Shown in pieces: positions 26,187 to 37,027 of a DNA stretch of 64,000 nt. The DNA is from an archaeon (GTDB lineage Archaea; Aenigmatarchaeota; Aenigmatarchaeia; GW2011-AR5): assembly GCA_028279825.1 (NCBI GenBank), contig JANQNA010000006.1, positions 2,771-66,770 of the forward strand, read 5' to 3'. The translations under genes were made by a program, and so were the position numbers. The notes under the pieces were generated by a model that had not been told where the DNA came from, ran no database searches, and was given only the letters and a program-made list of their open reading frames with translations. The first letter of the stretch is position 1, and every line of letters starts with the position of its first letter.

Positions 26187-29100
26187 CAAGATTCCTACCA
26201 GCAATCTTGATTGCTAGTTTATTGCTACTTATCACACCTCCTGTATTTGCAGTGCCTAACATAATAGATTTCCAAGGACGGTTGTTAGATAACAACAGGA
26301 ACCCGCAAGGCGGACAGTTCAACATGACGTTTTCTATTTTTAACGAGTCGACGTCCGGTTCTCTTCTATGGCAGGAAAACAAGCTCGTAAACGTCTCAAA
26401 TGGTTTGTTCACAGTGTTGCTTGGCGACACCATCGGGTTAAACCTAACGTTCAATGAGGACTATTATGTTGAGGTTATTGCAAACGGGGAAACATTTGCG
26501 CCACGCTATCGCGTGTCCACAGTTCCTTACGCTTACAGGTCACAGTACGCTTCAGCTGATAATACAAGTGAACCGTCTTTCATCTTTGAAAGATTCAGGA
26601 ACCAGACCAGTAATCTTACAGAATGGCAGAACGAGACGGGATTTACAATGGCATCTGTTGACAAATACGGCAGGTTTGTAGGCGACGGATCACTGTTGAC
26701 GGGCATAATTGCCGCTATCAATGATTCAACGACGGATCTGCCCGCTACAAACATAACACCCGGAACGTTTGGTATTCATTACCAGAACGGAAGCTATGCT
26801 TTTCCTGTTAACCTGAATGTTACACACAATCTGACGCTAGGCAATACAACCAATACGCTGAATATATACCGTGATGATGTTGGTAATTTTGTATTCTTCC
26901 CCAACAACAAGTCTGTTATTTTTCCCGGCAGATATGCTTCAGGCTTGCCTGCACTGAGTGCTGTAGCAATAGGTGCCAATGCAAGTGTTGCTACGACCCA
27001 TTCAATTGCTATTGGTACCGGTGCCACAGTCAGTAACGTTCTTCCGAGCTGTATAGTCATAGGAAGCGGTGCCGTTTGTACTGAGAACTACCAACTACTT
27101 TTGGGAGGTCCTGACACCTATATCAGAGAGGCATATATTGGCGGCGGGCCAACACGATTGAATCCTAATACAGTTACATTGCAAACTTCGGGTGGTATAG
27201 GCGGTTCCAACTATGGTGGTACTATTGTGCTGGCAGGCGGTAAAGCAACCGGAACAGGTGTGCCTGGTAGTGTTGTGTTCAAAGTATCGAACGGTACGGC
27301 ACCTTCTTCAACTTTGCAGGACCTGGTGGAAGTCGGCCGGTTCAACGGCTCAACAAGGTACTTTGGTATTGGCACGGCTGCAACTATAGCGCGTCTACAT
27401 GTTGCAGGTACAGAAAACCTGAATAATCTTTCTTTGAACGTTAATGATACTTTGTATGTGAACGGTTCAAGAGTCGGCATAATGACACCAAACCCTACGC
27501 ATGAACTGCATGTTGTTGGTGACGTGAATGTCACGGGAACAACATATCTGAGCACACTTTCAGTTACAAATCTAGACATACCAAACAACCTGTCCGTGGG
27601 TCGTAACTTCTCTGTCGGACCAAATACATTGTTTGTAGATCATTCAACAGCAAGAGTCGGTATTGGCACGGCTACGCCTGCAGAGGAACTGCATGTTATA
27701 GGTGACATTAATGTTACAGGTAATTATGCTCCTATAAATGTGGATGTAGTAAGAAGTGCTGTTAGTGCCGGTACATATCTGGACTTTGGATCCAATGTCA
27801 TTGACGTTTACGCGTCTGGTGGACTACAGATAAATACTGGAAATATCGAGTTCTATTCTGGTACTCGCGTACCTTTATCAATAACACCTGGAAGTGCTGA
27901 TGGTGTTCCATCAACCATATCAAGTGGTTACGATCAAACAGGCTGGTATCATCCATTACACTATAGATCTGGTGTTCTGGACGGTGCAACAGCCATAGCA
28001 CACATAATTAACACTACAGGCAATCTAACTACAGAAGGTGCAAAATTGGTTTCCGTACAAAATAACGGTACGGAGAAGTTCTTCATAGACAAAGACGGGG
28101 ATACATGGTTCAATGGATACCTAAACGTTACGGGTGACGTCAACACGACAGGTAATGTTTGTTTATCAGATGGAACGTGTTTGAGTGATTTAGGAGCGGC
28201 GGCCGGCGGCTGGACGGATGACGGAGATGTTGTGAGACTGACGACAGTGGCCGACATGGTTGGTATCGGCACGACGAATCCTTTGGCTAAATTGAACATA
28301 CAAGGTGTAAATGATACAACAGGATTGTCTTTGAATGTTAACAATACTTTGTATGTTAACGGAACGAATGTCGGTATCGGAACTGGTAATCCACAGAGAC
28401 CTATACATGCTACTGAAAATGTTGATGGTACTACAGGAGCTTGGTTTTTGAATCCTAGTACAGGAACGTCTGCATTGTCTGCAGTTCTTGTGGGAGATTC
28501 TACTGCTGGTGGCAATTATGGATATTTGGGTCACTTTGGAGAAAATTATGCAGATGCCGGGTTAATTGTTGCCAATCGTACAATATTGGTTGGATCAGAT
28601 ACTGCAGGACTTGTAATAGTCTCAAATGCAGCTTCGATGATCTTTGCAACTGGTGGCACTGCTGCATCAAATGAAAGAATGAGAATAACAGCAAATGGGG
28701 ATATAGGTATTGGAACAACAAATCCTTCAGATAAGCTTCACGTAAACGGGTTTATACAGACGGAAGTTGTAGATTGGACTCTAAAGAAAGAGTTTACCGG
28801 TGCCAATGATACTGTCAGAGATCTGGAAGTGTACAATGGTAAACTGTATGCCGGTATGGGTACAGATTTAGAAGAGGGAGATTTGTTTGTGTTTAACGGC
28901 ACGGACTGGGCGCTTGAGTATGATTTTGGCGGTGATTATGCAAGGGTTGAAGCAATGGAAGTCTACGAAAACAAACTTTACGTGGGTCTTGGAAACGATT
29001 CACTTACGCAGGGTGGATTAGCTGATATTTATTTCTATAATGGCACGCACTGGGTTTTGTCTACGGATTTAGGTGCTGAATATGAAAGCGTGTGGTCGCT

Positions 29101-32100
29101 GCAGGTTTATAATGGAAAACTTTATGCAGGTACAGGAACCACAGACGGTGACGGTGACATCTGGGAGTTTGACGGATCAACCTGGTCACTTTCATACAAC
29201 CTTACAGGTTATCAATACGCCTATCCTATGGCTACATACAATGGTAAGTTGTATGTTGGAATGGGCTATGGTGCGGATGATGGTGATGTCTACTCGTTTG
29301 ACGGATCAACCTGGTCACTTGCTTATGACTTTGGAGCTCAATATGAGACAATCTATTCTCTGGGCGTGCATGACGGCAAACTGTATGCCGGTACTGGTTA
29401 CAGCGGCGGTGACGCAGCGATATATGTGTACGATGGGTCTTCCTGGAAATTGTCCCAGTCACTTTCTCCGTATAATGGGGTATACTCTCTAAGGAGTTAC
29501 AACGGAAGAATGTATGCCGGTCTTGGACAGGACGCAGGTGAGGGTGACGTATACGTCCTGATAGACGGCAACTGGACACAAGCTGCTGATCTTGGTGCAG
29601 CATATGAACAGGCATGGGATATGGAAGTTTACAATGGAAAGCTTTATGTTGGAACAGGCAGTGGTGCCGACGATGCTGATATTTTTGCTTACTCAGAGCG
29701 TTTAGAGTCCCAATTAACGGAGGATCTTGGCGAAAGATTTGAAAAGTTTGTGACAACTTCACAACACTTTACTGATAATGTGTCTATACTGGGCATCCTG
29801 AATGTTACAGGTAACACCTACCTGAGTAATCTTACGATAGAGGGCATTGCCATGGCAAATGGCGACATGACTGTGTCCGGCAATCTTTCTGTGTTGAAGA
29901 ATTTTTCTGTCGGTCCTAACAACCTGTTTGTTGATAATTCAACAGGAAGGGTTGGCATAGGAACCGCTACACCGTCTTCTGCTTTGGAGGTTTCAGGCAA
30001 TATAACGATTACACAAGACGCATTTTTCATTGGCAATCGTGCACAGGCAACAGGACAGGATTCAATAGCAATAGGAAACATTGTCAATGCAACTGGTTTG
30101 CAATCGATAGCAATTGGAAAAGGTGCCAATTCAAGCAATGACAGAACAATAGCAATTGGAGTAAATTCAAAAGCTGCCGGACAACGGGCATTAGCAATAG
30201 GCTGGAATAGTGAAGTATCCGGTGATTATGGTACTGCTCTGGGAACTGATTCATTTGTCAATACTGATGGCACAGCAATTGGTCTTGGATCACAGGCTAC
30301 GAGTGGTAGCGGAGTTGCAGTTGGAAGATCAACGTATGCCGGTAATTCTGCTACTGCACTTGGAAGAGCAGCCAACGCAAGCGGTAGTTATTCTGTGGCT
30401 ATTGGTTACACTGCAAATACAACTACGGATGCTTCTGAGTCTATAGCCATAGGCCTGAAATCAATGGCCGATGCTTCATATGCTGTGGTTGTGGGTTCCA
30501 GGGCAAATGCAACCTCGAATAATGCTATTGCAATTGGTTACAAATCTAACTCTAGCAATACAGATACAATTGCTATAGGTGAAAATGCAAGGTCGACAGG
30601 CGTACAGTCTATAGCTATAGGCAGTGATGCACAAGCGACAGATACCGGGGCAATTTCTATAGGTGATGATACTGAAACAAGTGGTGACGGAAGTATAGCA
30701 ATAGGTGATAACGCATGGACTAACACAAATATTGCCGATGCGATAGCAATAGGAAGAAATTCAAACGTATCAACCAGATTTGCAATCGCTATAGGCGGTG
30801 GGTCATACGCAGGTCCACAAGCTTCAATAGCTTTGGGTTACGGTGCCTCTGCCTCGGTAATAAATTCAGTTGCCGTTGGAGAAGGTGCATTAGCTACGGG
30901 ATCCGCAAGCAGTGGAACTGCCATAGGAACCGATTCGATTGTTACCGGTGCATCTTCATTTGCAGCCGGTGCCAGTGCACAGGCAGGTACACGCGGAATA
31001 GCAATAGGAAATTTGGCAAACGCTTCGAGTAGCACTAACATGATTGCTATCGGATACATGTCAAAAACTAACCAACCAGATGCGATTGCATTTGGTCATT
31101 TGGCAAATGCATTTAATGACAGAGCAATAGCAATAGGAATGACGGCAAATGCAACCAATTCTGATGTAATTGCAATAGGTTCATATACAAATGCAAGTGG
31201 TCAGGATTCGATAAGTATTGGTCAGGATGCACAGGCAAGTAATACCGACGCAATGGCAATGGGCAGACAAGCACATGCAAATGATACCGATTCAATTGCA
31301 TTGGGTAGAGGTGCAGTTGTGTATGAAGCACAGGCCATAGCAATAGGAACAAGTGCTTTTGTTGATGACTGGGGAACAGGCGAGGGAGGTCTTGCCATTG
31401 GTTACAATGCAAGAGATTACGGTGGCGGCGGCGTTGCGATAGGTCATGATGCATTTATTGGTGAAACAGATTCACAGTCAATTGCAATAGGTAAATCTTC
31501 TAATGCAACCGGGTTGTACTCTCTGGCTATCGGCGCTAGTTCACTTTCGACAAATCAGCTATCTGTTGCTGTTGGATATAACTCTTTGACTCATGGTAAC
31601 AGCGCGACTGCCTATGGTGATTCTGCTTCAGCTGCAGCAGAAGGATTTGCAGCTGGTGCCTCTGCAGATGCTTTTGGTGGTCAAAGCGTTGCAGTGGGAC
31701 GATCTTCTAACTCCTCAGGTCAATTTTCCACTGCTGTTGGATATCAGGCAAGAGCATGGAATAGCAGAGGAATAACAATAGGGCAGGGTGCTAATTCGTA
31801 CGGAGACTCTGGTATTGCAATAGGTAATGTGGCCAATTCAACTAACGGATATTCGATAGCAATCGGAAGAGATTCTGAGGCACTGGCAGAGAGTGCAATA
31901 GCAATCGGGGGTGGTTCTGGCAACGGAGCAAGGGCAACTGATTTGGATGCAATTGCTATGGGACGAAACAGTGAGGCATCACAGGACAACGCAATTGCTA
32001 TAGGTGAGAATGCTAATGCAAGTGATCAGGACACAATAGCTATAGGCCAATATGCAAGGGCATCACAGGCAAATGCAATTGCTATAGGCGAGAATGCCAA

Positions 32101-35100
32101 TGCCACTACAAATGCAGTGGCAATAGGATTTGATGCAATAGCTACTGATCTTGGTGCGATATCCATAGGCGACGATGCTTATACAACCGGTGACGGTAGC
32201 ATAGCAATAGGTGACGGTGCCTGGACTGAAACGGGTATTGCCGATGCGATAGCCATAGGCGACGGTTCAAATGTATCTACAAGGTTTGGTATTTCAATTG
32301 GCAGCGGGTCATTAGCAGTTGCACAAGCTTCAATAGCATTGGGATATACCGCCGAGGCGGAGAACACTAATACTATTGTTATAGGGAACGGCGCAGCCGC
32401 GAGGGGAACGTCTACAAGCGGTATTGCAGTTGGTATTGATTCGTTAGTTACTGGTGCAAGTGGAATTGCAATGGGAGATCGTTCAAATGCCGGTCGCTAT
32501 GCGGTGGCTATAGGACTATTGGCTAACTCTACCGGTGCAAACAGCGCAATTGCGGTAGGATATAGCTCAAAGGCTGATGATCCGGATGCAGTGGCAATCG
32601 GACACAATTCAAATGCACTACAAGACAGAGCAATAGCAATAGGAATGACAGCCAATGCAACCGCTGGTGATTCAATAGCAATTGGCTCTTATACAAATGC
32701 CACGAATTCCGGTTCCGTGGCCCTTGGCCGTGATGCCCAGACCACAGCAGACAACCAGTTAGTAATTGGCAGCCCAAGCTATAATTTGAATACATTGATA
32801 CATGGTTCATTGAACGTCACGGGTGATGTGAATGTTACTAGTGATTATGATTTTTGTATTGACGGCGGTAATTGTCTTAGCAATTTTGCTGACGCTGGAA
32901 ATGTAACAAGCAATGGCTCAGCTGGCTACATACCTGTGTTCACGAACGCTACCAATATCGGCAACAGTATAATGACTGAAGTTCAGGGTGCTATATCGAT
33001 AGACGGCAACCTGAGCATGCCTGGTGCATTCTATATCGGGAACGGTGCGGCTGCCATAGGTAGTGATGCACTGGCTGTCGGTAATAGTGCAACATCTGAA
33101 AATACTTCTACAATAGCAATTGGCGAACTTGCAAACGCGAGCGGTTTGTATTCTACAGCTATAGGCTACAATGCAAGAGCTACACAGAGTGCTGCATTGG
33201 CAATAGGTTCGCCTTATCCATCCGGACAAACCAGAGCCACAGGTACTTATGCAATAGCGATAGGAAACGCACCCGAGGCCCCTGACACCAGTTCAATTGC
33301 TATAGGTACCAGCGCAAACGCAACTGGTACTTACACTGTTGCGATAGGACATAGTGCACAAACGATGGGAGGCAGTCTTGACAGGGCTGTTGCGATTGGG
33401 TATGATACATACGCAGAAGGTTCTGGTGCACTGGCACTTGGATATGAGGCAAGATCAAATGTTGGATATGGGATTGCAATGGGTATGCGTAGTGTTGCAA
33501 ATGGTGCAGGAACCGCAATTGGCTGGAATGCTGATGCTGGTGGAGCTTCATCTGTAGCACTTGGTGGATATGTCCCTAATGCAAGTGCAAATGATGCTAT
33601 AGCAATAGGCTCTTATGTTAATGCAAGCGCTGTTGATACAATTGCAATGGGTCATTTTGCAAGGGCAACACAAACCAATGCAATTGCAATTGGTGAGGAA
33701 GCAAATGCAGCTGGTACTCAGGATATTGCAATTGGTTATCAGGCTGAGAGTCTGGCTAATTATGGTGTTTCAATAGGTTACAATGCTTCTGTGGCTAATA
33801 GCGGTGTTGCTTATGGTACCAGTGCTACGGCTGCCGGCGCCAGTGACACAGGCCTTGGAAGAGCGACAATGGCTGCCGGTGGTAATTCTGTTGCTGTAGG
33901 CTTCCAGGCACAGTCAATTGGAGGAAATTCCGTATCTATTGGCTACAACGCTGACGCAAATGGAACTGATTCAATAATGTTGGGCAGAAGTGCAAGTGCA
34001 ACAGGTGATTATGCTGTTGGAATGGGTGCGATTGCAACTGCAACTTCTGATTATGGCATAGCCTTGGGATATGATGCAAATTCAAGCGGTCTGGATGCAA
34101 TAGCCATAGGTCAAGGTACTGTGGCGTTCCTGGGAAATGCAATAGCCATAGGCAAGGATGCCAATGCAAACAATTCAAATGCTCTTGCGATTATGGTTGA
34201 TGCTGACGCGACTGCTGCTGATACAATTGCTATAGGTCAAAATTCAAAGTCATTAGATAGCTATTCTATATCAATAGGAAATAATGCTAAATCTTTGAAC
34301 CAGAACTCAATAACGATGGGACGTAATGCATTTTCAAGTGGCGGCTCTTCATTGTCAATAGGCAATGCTGCTAATGCCTCTGGTGGATATGGTATTGCAA
34401 TTGGAACGCTTGCAAATGCTTCTCATGATGATAGCGTATGTATTGGATTTAACTGCCAGACAACAGCAAACAATCAATTCATGGTTGGGGCTGGCACGGA
34501 CCCATTGAGTTTGAACGTGACAGGTGATATAAATGTAACGGCCGGTTATGATGTTTGCATTGATGGAGGAAGCTGTTTGAGCACGGGCGGCGGCAGTGGA
34601 AACACAAGCGGTACCGGAGCAGCTGGTTACATACCTCAATGGCAGGACCATGACACTTTGAATAATTCAATCATGTTCCAGGAAGGAACTTACATAGGCA
34701 TAAACACCACAACTCCTGGGTCACCATTGCATGTTGTCCAGGAGGGATTGGACGACATACTTACAATAGGTGCTTACGTAAACACGTATACATGGAACAA
34801 TCTTGTCTTCGAAAGGAGTGGAACCAGTTATGCTTCACCTTCCCAGGTATCCAACGGGGCTAACCTGGCGAGAATTCTATTCAAAGGTTATGACGGTTCG
34901 AGCTATGACAATGCTGCTGCTATTTATGTGCAGGTTGATGGTGCTACAAGTACCAACGACATGCCTGGAAAGTTTGTGTTCTATACTTCAAGGGACGGAA
35001 CAAACTCGATACAACCCAGGATGGTGCTTGATAATATGGGAAGACTTGGTCTGGGTAATGTTAGTGAATATGCTACAAACTTCGACTCCAACTTCACCGC

Positions 35101-37027
35101 AATGCTGCAAATAAACGGTACGAATCCCCAAAATAATCTGTCTTTGGATATTAACGAGATTCTGTACGTGAATTCTTCTTCCGGCTGGGTTGGTATTGGA
35201 GTGAGTGATCCTGGTCGTGGAGATGGTGACGATCCACAATTAACAACTGCAGGTCTTCATATAAAGAACCCTGTTTCTGGAAATGAATCAGCCATAGTCT
35301 TAGAGACCATTAACAGTTCGTGGAAGATACGTAATCTTGACAGGTGGGGACGCTTTTCAATTTCACAATTCTTCCCTGATGGAACCAGCGTAGCACCGTT
35401 TAAGATCTTCAACGGCACAAGTCATAATCAGTTTGTTATACAAGAAAACGGCACCGGTATCGGGACCAACAATCCTAAGGCCTGGCTACACGTTGACGGC
35501 ACAGATCTATACAATAATATTTCCCTGAACGTTAACGACACTCTGTATGTGAATGCATCTGCTTCAAGGGTTGGCATTGGAACAGCGAGCCCTGCTACTA
35601 TGCTGGATGTCAGATCTTCCAGCTCATCGGTAAACCCCGGTATAACCAGTACTAACGATGCCGGTGTGGCTTCTTACTTCTATACTGCCCGTTCCGGTCA
35701 TGCATGGTCCGGGAAGACTGTAATACAGAACAGCGGATCAAGTGATGTGTTTTTCAGTGGCAGCGGAAATGTTGGGGTGGGTGCACAAACTACAAATGCA
35801 AAACTTCATGTCAATGGAACATATTCTACGAGTGGATTGTCCCTGAACGTTAATGACACTTTGTATGTGAACAACTCAAGAGTTGGTATTGGAACCAGCA
35901 GTCCGGGTAATTTGTTCCACGTGAGTGCCGGTCCTTCCGGATCAATAACAAGTTTAGAAGTTTCAGATGATGATGGTACAGATCCGTATAATCTTAATCT
36001 TTACACTGATACTACATATCAAAGAATAATTATGCGTGGTCTTACCGGCACTCAACATCAGGCACTTGTGTTTTCAGATGGTTATGGATATAATACAATG
36101 TTTGGAATAAGTTCCAGCACTGATTCTGGAAGTACCTGGCTTCCTAAGTTTGTCTTACAACAACGCGGACTTGTAGGTATTGGAGCAACAAATCCAGAGG
36201 CATTGTTCCACGTAAATGGAACTGACCCATTCAATGGAAATCTTTCTCTAAATATCAACAACACTTTGTATGTGAATGCTTCCGGAAGAGTTGGTATTGG
36301 AACTTCAGATCCTGATGAAGAATTTGTGATTAGTACTTCATCGGTAAGCCCTGCAATAGAAATTGCAACAACAAGCACAACGAACAATCAAGAAAAAGGA
36401 AAAATAATTTTCTCATCAAATGACAATGATCTAGCGGAGATAAGGGCATACAGAGTAAACAGTACTAATGGTGAGCTTAGGTTTAAGACCAGACAGGCAG
36501 GTACGTTAACCACACACATGGTCATAAATTCTTCCGGGAATGTGGGAATTGGAACTTTGAATCCTTCAATGGAATTGCATGTGAACGGTTCAGTGAACAT
36601 AACTGAAAATATTTTCTATGGCGGCAACCTGACTGGTTATGGGACTGACGTGGCTGAATATGTGAATGGTATAGGTGTTGAGCCTGGTGATGTTGTAATA
36701 ATTTCAGAGTATAGTGACGTAACTGTGGAGAAGACTGACGTAGCTTATGATACAAGAGCAGCCGGAATAGTCTCAACTGCACCTGGTCACACACTTGGTC
36801 TCGGAGAAGGTAACGTCAAGCTTGCGCTGGCAGGCAGAGTGCCTGTCAAGGTAACTACGGAAAACGGATCAATTAATCGTGGTGATTTGTTGACTACTTC
36901 CAGCACACCTGGACATGCTATGAGATGTGAGTCACGCTCTGCATGTACAGGATCAATAATTGGCAAGGCAATGGAGAACTTTTATGGTGATAACGGAGTC
37001 ATAACAGCATTGGTGGTACTAGGGTGA
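26183..37027 (+). CDS. Giant (3614 aa) secreted surface protein: signal peptide, repeated stalk modules, beta-propeller-like repeat block, about 1500-aa array of Hep_Hag (YadA-head-like) repeats, conserved C-terminal domain
   Basis: Uninterrupted 10.8-kb ORF. Signal peptide MTRFLPAILIASLLLLITPPVFA. At least 8 copies of the LSLNVNDTLYVNGSRVGIGTxxPxxxLHVxG module. Eleven 44-aa repeats YNGKLYAGTG...GDVYxFDGSxW (about 28820-29700). From about 30040 to 34480 there are continuous 14-15-aa AIAIGxxAxAxGxxS repeats. CIDGGxCLS disulfide-loop motifs occur. The C-terminal approx 130 aa run GTDVAEYVNG...GDLLTTSSTPGHAMR. N-x-S/T sequons are extremely dense. Confidence 0.85.
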   Translation: MTRFLPAILIASLLLLITPPVFAVPNIIDFQGRLLDNNRNPQGGQFNMTFSIFNESTSGSLLWQENKLVNVSNGLFTVLLGDTIGLNLTFNEDYYVEVIANGETFAPRYRVSTVPYAYRSQYASADNTSEPSFIFERFRNQTSNLTEWQNETGFTMASVDKYGRFVGDGSLLTGIIAAINDSTTDLPATNITPGTFGIHYQNGSYAFPVNLNVTHNLTLGNTTNTLNIYRDDVGNFVFFPNNKSVIFPGRYASGLPALSAVAIGANASVATTHSIAIGTGATVSNVLPSCIVIGSGAVCTENYQLLLGGPDTYIREAYIGGGPTRLNPNTVTLQTSGGIGGSNYGGTIVLAGGKATGTGVPGSVVFKVSNGTAPSSTLQDLVEVGRFNGSTRYFGIGTAATIARLHVAGTENLNNLSLNVNDTLYVNGSRVGIMTPNPTHELHVVGDVNVTGTTYLSTLSVTNLDIPNNLSVGRNFSVGPNTLFVDHSTARVGIGTATPAEELHVIGDINVTGNYAPINVDVVRSAVSAGTYLDFGSNVIDVYASGGLQINTGNIEFYSGTRVPLSITPGSADGVPSTISSGYDQTGWYHPLHYRSGVLDGATAIAHIINTTGNLTTEGAKLVSVQNNGTEKFFIDKDGDTWFNGYLNVTGDVNTTGNVCLSDGTCLSDLGAAAGGWTDDGDVVRLTTVADMVGIGTTNPLAKLNIQGVNDTTGLSLNVNNTLYVNGTNVGIGTGNPQRPIHATENVDGTTGAWFLNPSTGTSALSAVLVGDSTAGGNYGYLGHFGENYADAGLIVANRTILVGSDTAGLVIVSNAASMIFATGGTAASNERMRITANGDIGIGTTNPSDKLHVNGFIQTEVVDWTLKKEFTGANDTVRDLEVYNGKLYAGMGTDLEEGDLFVFNGTDWALEYDFGGDYARVEAMEVYENKLYVGLGNDSLTQGGLADIYFYNGTHWVLSTDLGAEYESVWSLQVYNGKLYAGTGTTDGDGDIWEFDGSTWSLSYNLTGYQYAYPMATYNGKLYVGMGYGADDGDVYSFDGSTWSLAYDFGAQYETIYSLGVHDGKLYAGTGYSGGDAAIYVYDGSSWKLSQSLSPYNGVYSLRSYNGRMYAGLGQDAGEGDVYVLIDGNWTQAADLGAAYEQAWDMEVYNGKLYVGTGSGADDADIFAYSERLESQLTEDLGERFEKFVTTSQHFTDNVSILGILNVTGNTYLSNLTIEGIAMANGDMTVSGNLSVLKNFSVGPNNLFVDNSTGRVGIGTATPSSALEVSGNITITQDAFFIGNRAQATGQDSIAIGNIVNATGLQSIAIGKGANSSNDRTIAIGVNSKAAGQRALAIGWNSEVSGDYGTALGTDSFVNTDGTAIGLGSQATSGSGVAVGRSTYAGNSATALGRAANASGSYSVAIGYTANTTTDASESIAIGLKSMADASYAVVVGSRANATSNNAIAIGYKSNSSNTDTIAIGENARSTGVQSIAIGSDAQATDTGAISIGDDTETSGDGSIAIGDNAWTNTNIADAIAIGRNSNVSTRFAIAIGGGSYAGPQASIALGYGASASVINSVAVGEGALATGSASSGTAIGTDSIVTGASSFAAGASAQAGTRGIAIGNLANASSSTNMIAIGYMSKTNQPDAIAFGHLANAFNDRAIAIGMTANATNSDVIAIGSYTNASGQDSISIGQDAQASNTDAMAMGRQAHANDTDSIALGRGAVVYEAQAIAIGTSAFVDDWGTGEGGLAIGYNARDYGGGGVAIGHDAFIGETDSQSIAIGKSSNATGLYSLAIGASSLSTNQLSVAVGYNSLTHGNSATAYGDSASAAAEGFAAGASADAFGGQSVAVGRSSNSSGQFSTAVGYQARAWNSRGITIGQGANSYGDSGIAIGNVANSTNGYSIAIGRDSEALAESAIAIGGGSGNGARATDLDAIAMGRNSEASQDNAIAIGENANASDQDTIAIGQYARASQANAIAIGENANATTNAVAIGFDAIATDLGAISIGDDAYTTGDGSIAIGDGAWTETGIADAIAIGDGSNVSTRFGISIGSGSLAVAQASIALGYTAEAENTNTIVIGNGAAARGTSTSGIAVGIDSLVTGASGIAMGDRSNAGRYAVAIGLLANSTGANSAIAVGYSSKADDPDAVAIGHNSNALQDRAIAIGMTANATAGDSIAIGSYTNATNSGSVALGRDAQTTADNQLVIGSPSYNLNTLIHGSLNVTGDVNVTSDYDFCIDGGNCLSNFADAGNVTSNGSAGYIPVFTNATNIGNSIMTEVQGAISIDGNLSMPGAFYIGNGAAAIGSDALAVGNSATSENTSTIAIGELANASGLYSTAIGYNARATQSAALAIGSPYPSGQTRATGTYAIAIGNAPEAPDTSSIAIGTSANATGTYTVAIGHSAQTMGGSLDRAVAIGYDTYAEGSGALALGYEARSNVGYGIAMGMRSVANGAGTAIGWNADAGGASSVALGGYVPNASANDAIAIGSYVNASAVDTIAMGHFARATQTNAIAIGEEANAAGTQDIAIGYQAESLANYGVSIGYNASVANSGVAYGTSATAAGASDTGLGRATMAAGGNSVAVGFQAQSIGGNSVSIGYNADANGTDSIMLGRSASATGDYAVGMGAIATATSDYGIALGYDANSSGLDAIAIGQGTVAFLGNAIAIGKDANANNSNALAIMVDADATAADTIAIGQNSKSLDSYSISIGNNAKSLNQNSITMGRNAFSSGGSSLSIGNAANASGGYGIAIGTLANASHDDSVCIGFNCQTTANNQFMVGAGTDPLSLNVTGDINVTAGYDVCIDGGSCLSTGGGSGNTSGTGAAGYIPQWQDHDTLNNSIMFQEGTYIGINTTTPGSPLHVVQEGLDDILTIGAYVNTYTWNNLVFERSGTSYASPSQVSNGANLARILFKGYDGSSYDNAAAIYVQVDGATSTNDMPGKFVFYTSRDGTNSIQPRMVLDNMGRLGLGNVSEYATNFDSNFTAMLQINGTNPQNNLSLDINEILYVNSSSGWVGIGVSDPGRGDGDDPQLTTAGLHIKNPVSGNESAIVLETINSSWKIRNLDRWGRFSISQFFPDGTSVAPFKIFNGTSHNQFVIQENGTGIGTNNPKAWLHVDGTDLYNNISLNVNDTLYVNASASRVGIGTASPATMLDVRSSSSSVNPGITSTNDAGVASYFYTARSGHAWSGKTVIQNSGSSDVFFSGSGNVGVGAQTTNAKLHVNGTYSTSGLSLNVNDTLYVNNSRVGIGTSSPGNLFHVSAGPSGSITSLEVSDDDGTDPYNLNLYTDTTYQRIIMRGLTGTQHQALVFSDGYGYNTMFGISSSTDSGSTWLPKFVLQQRGLVGIGATNPEALFHVNGTDPFNGNLSLNINNTLYVNASGRVGIGTSDPDEEFVISTSSVSPAIEIATTSTTNNQEKGKIIFSSNDNDLAEIRAYRVNSTNGELRFKTRQAGTLTTHMVINSSGNVGIGTLNPSMELHVNGSVNITENIFYGGNLTGYGTDVAEYVNGIGVEPGDVVIISEYSDVTVEKTDVAYDTRAAGIVSTAPGHTLGLGEGNVKLALAGRVPVKVTTENGSINRGDLLTTSSTPGHAMRCESRSACTGSIIGKAMENFYGDNGVITALVVLG
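30040..34480 (+). repeat. Codon-level tandem repeat array (about 100 units of 42-45 bp) encoding Hep_Hag-like AIAIG motifs inside the giant gene
   Basis: Recurrent gcaatagg(n)/attgcaatagg strings encode SIAIGxxAxAxGxxSIAIG. The repeats are in-frame and degenerate, so this is a coding array and not a CRISPR array. Confidence 0.8.

Noticed and set aside
27211-29762. Multiple antisense ORFs (27211-27588, 27961-28515, 28190-28534, 29232-29762) and plus-strand alternative-frame ORFs inside the giant gene
   Set aside because: They are embedded in a single uninterrupted 10.8-kb ORF with clear domain structure. They are His/Cys/Pro-rich artefacts of repeat composition.
30040-34480. Possible CRISPR or non-coding satellite array, suggested by the strong short-period repetition
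   Set aside because: The repeats are in-frame, degenerate at the third position, lack spacer/repeat alternation and encode AIAIG-type Hep_Hag motifs inside one continuous ORF.
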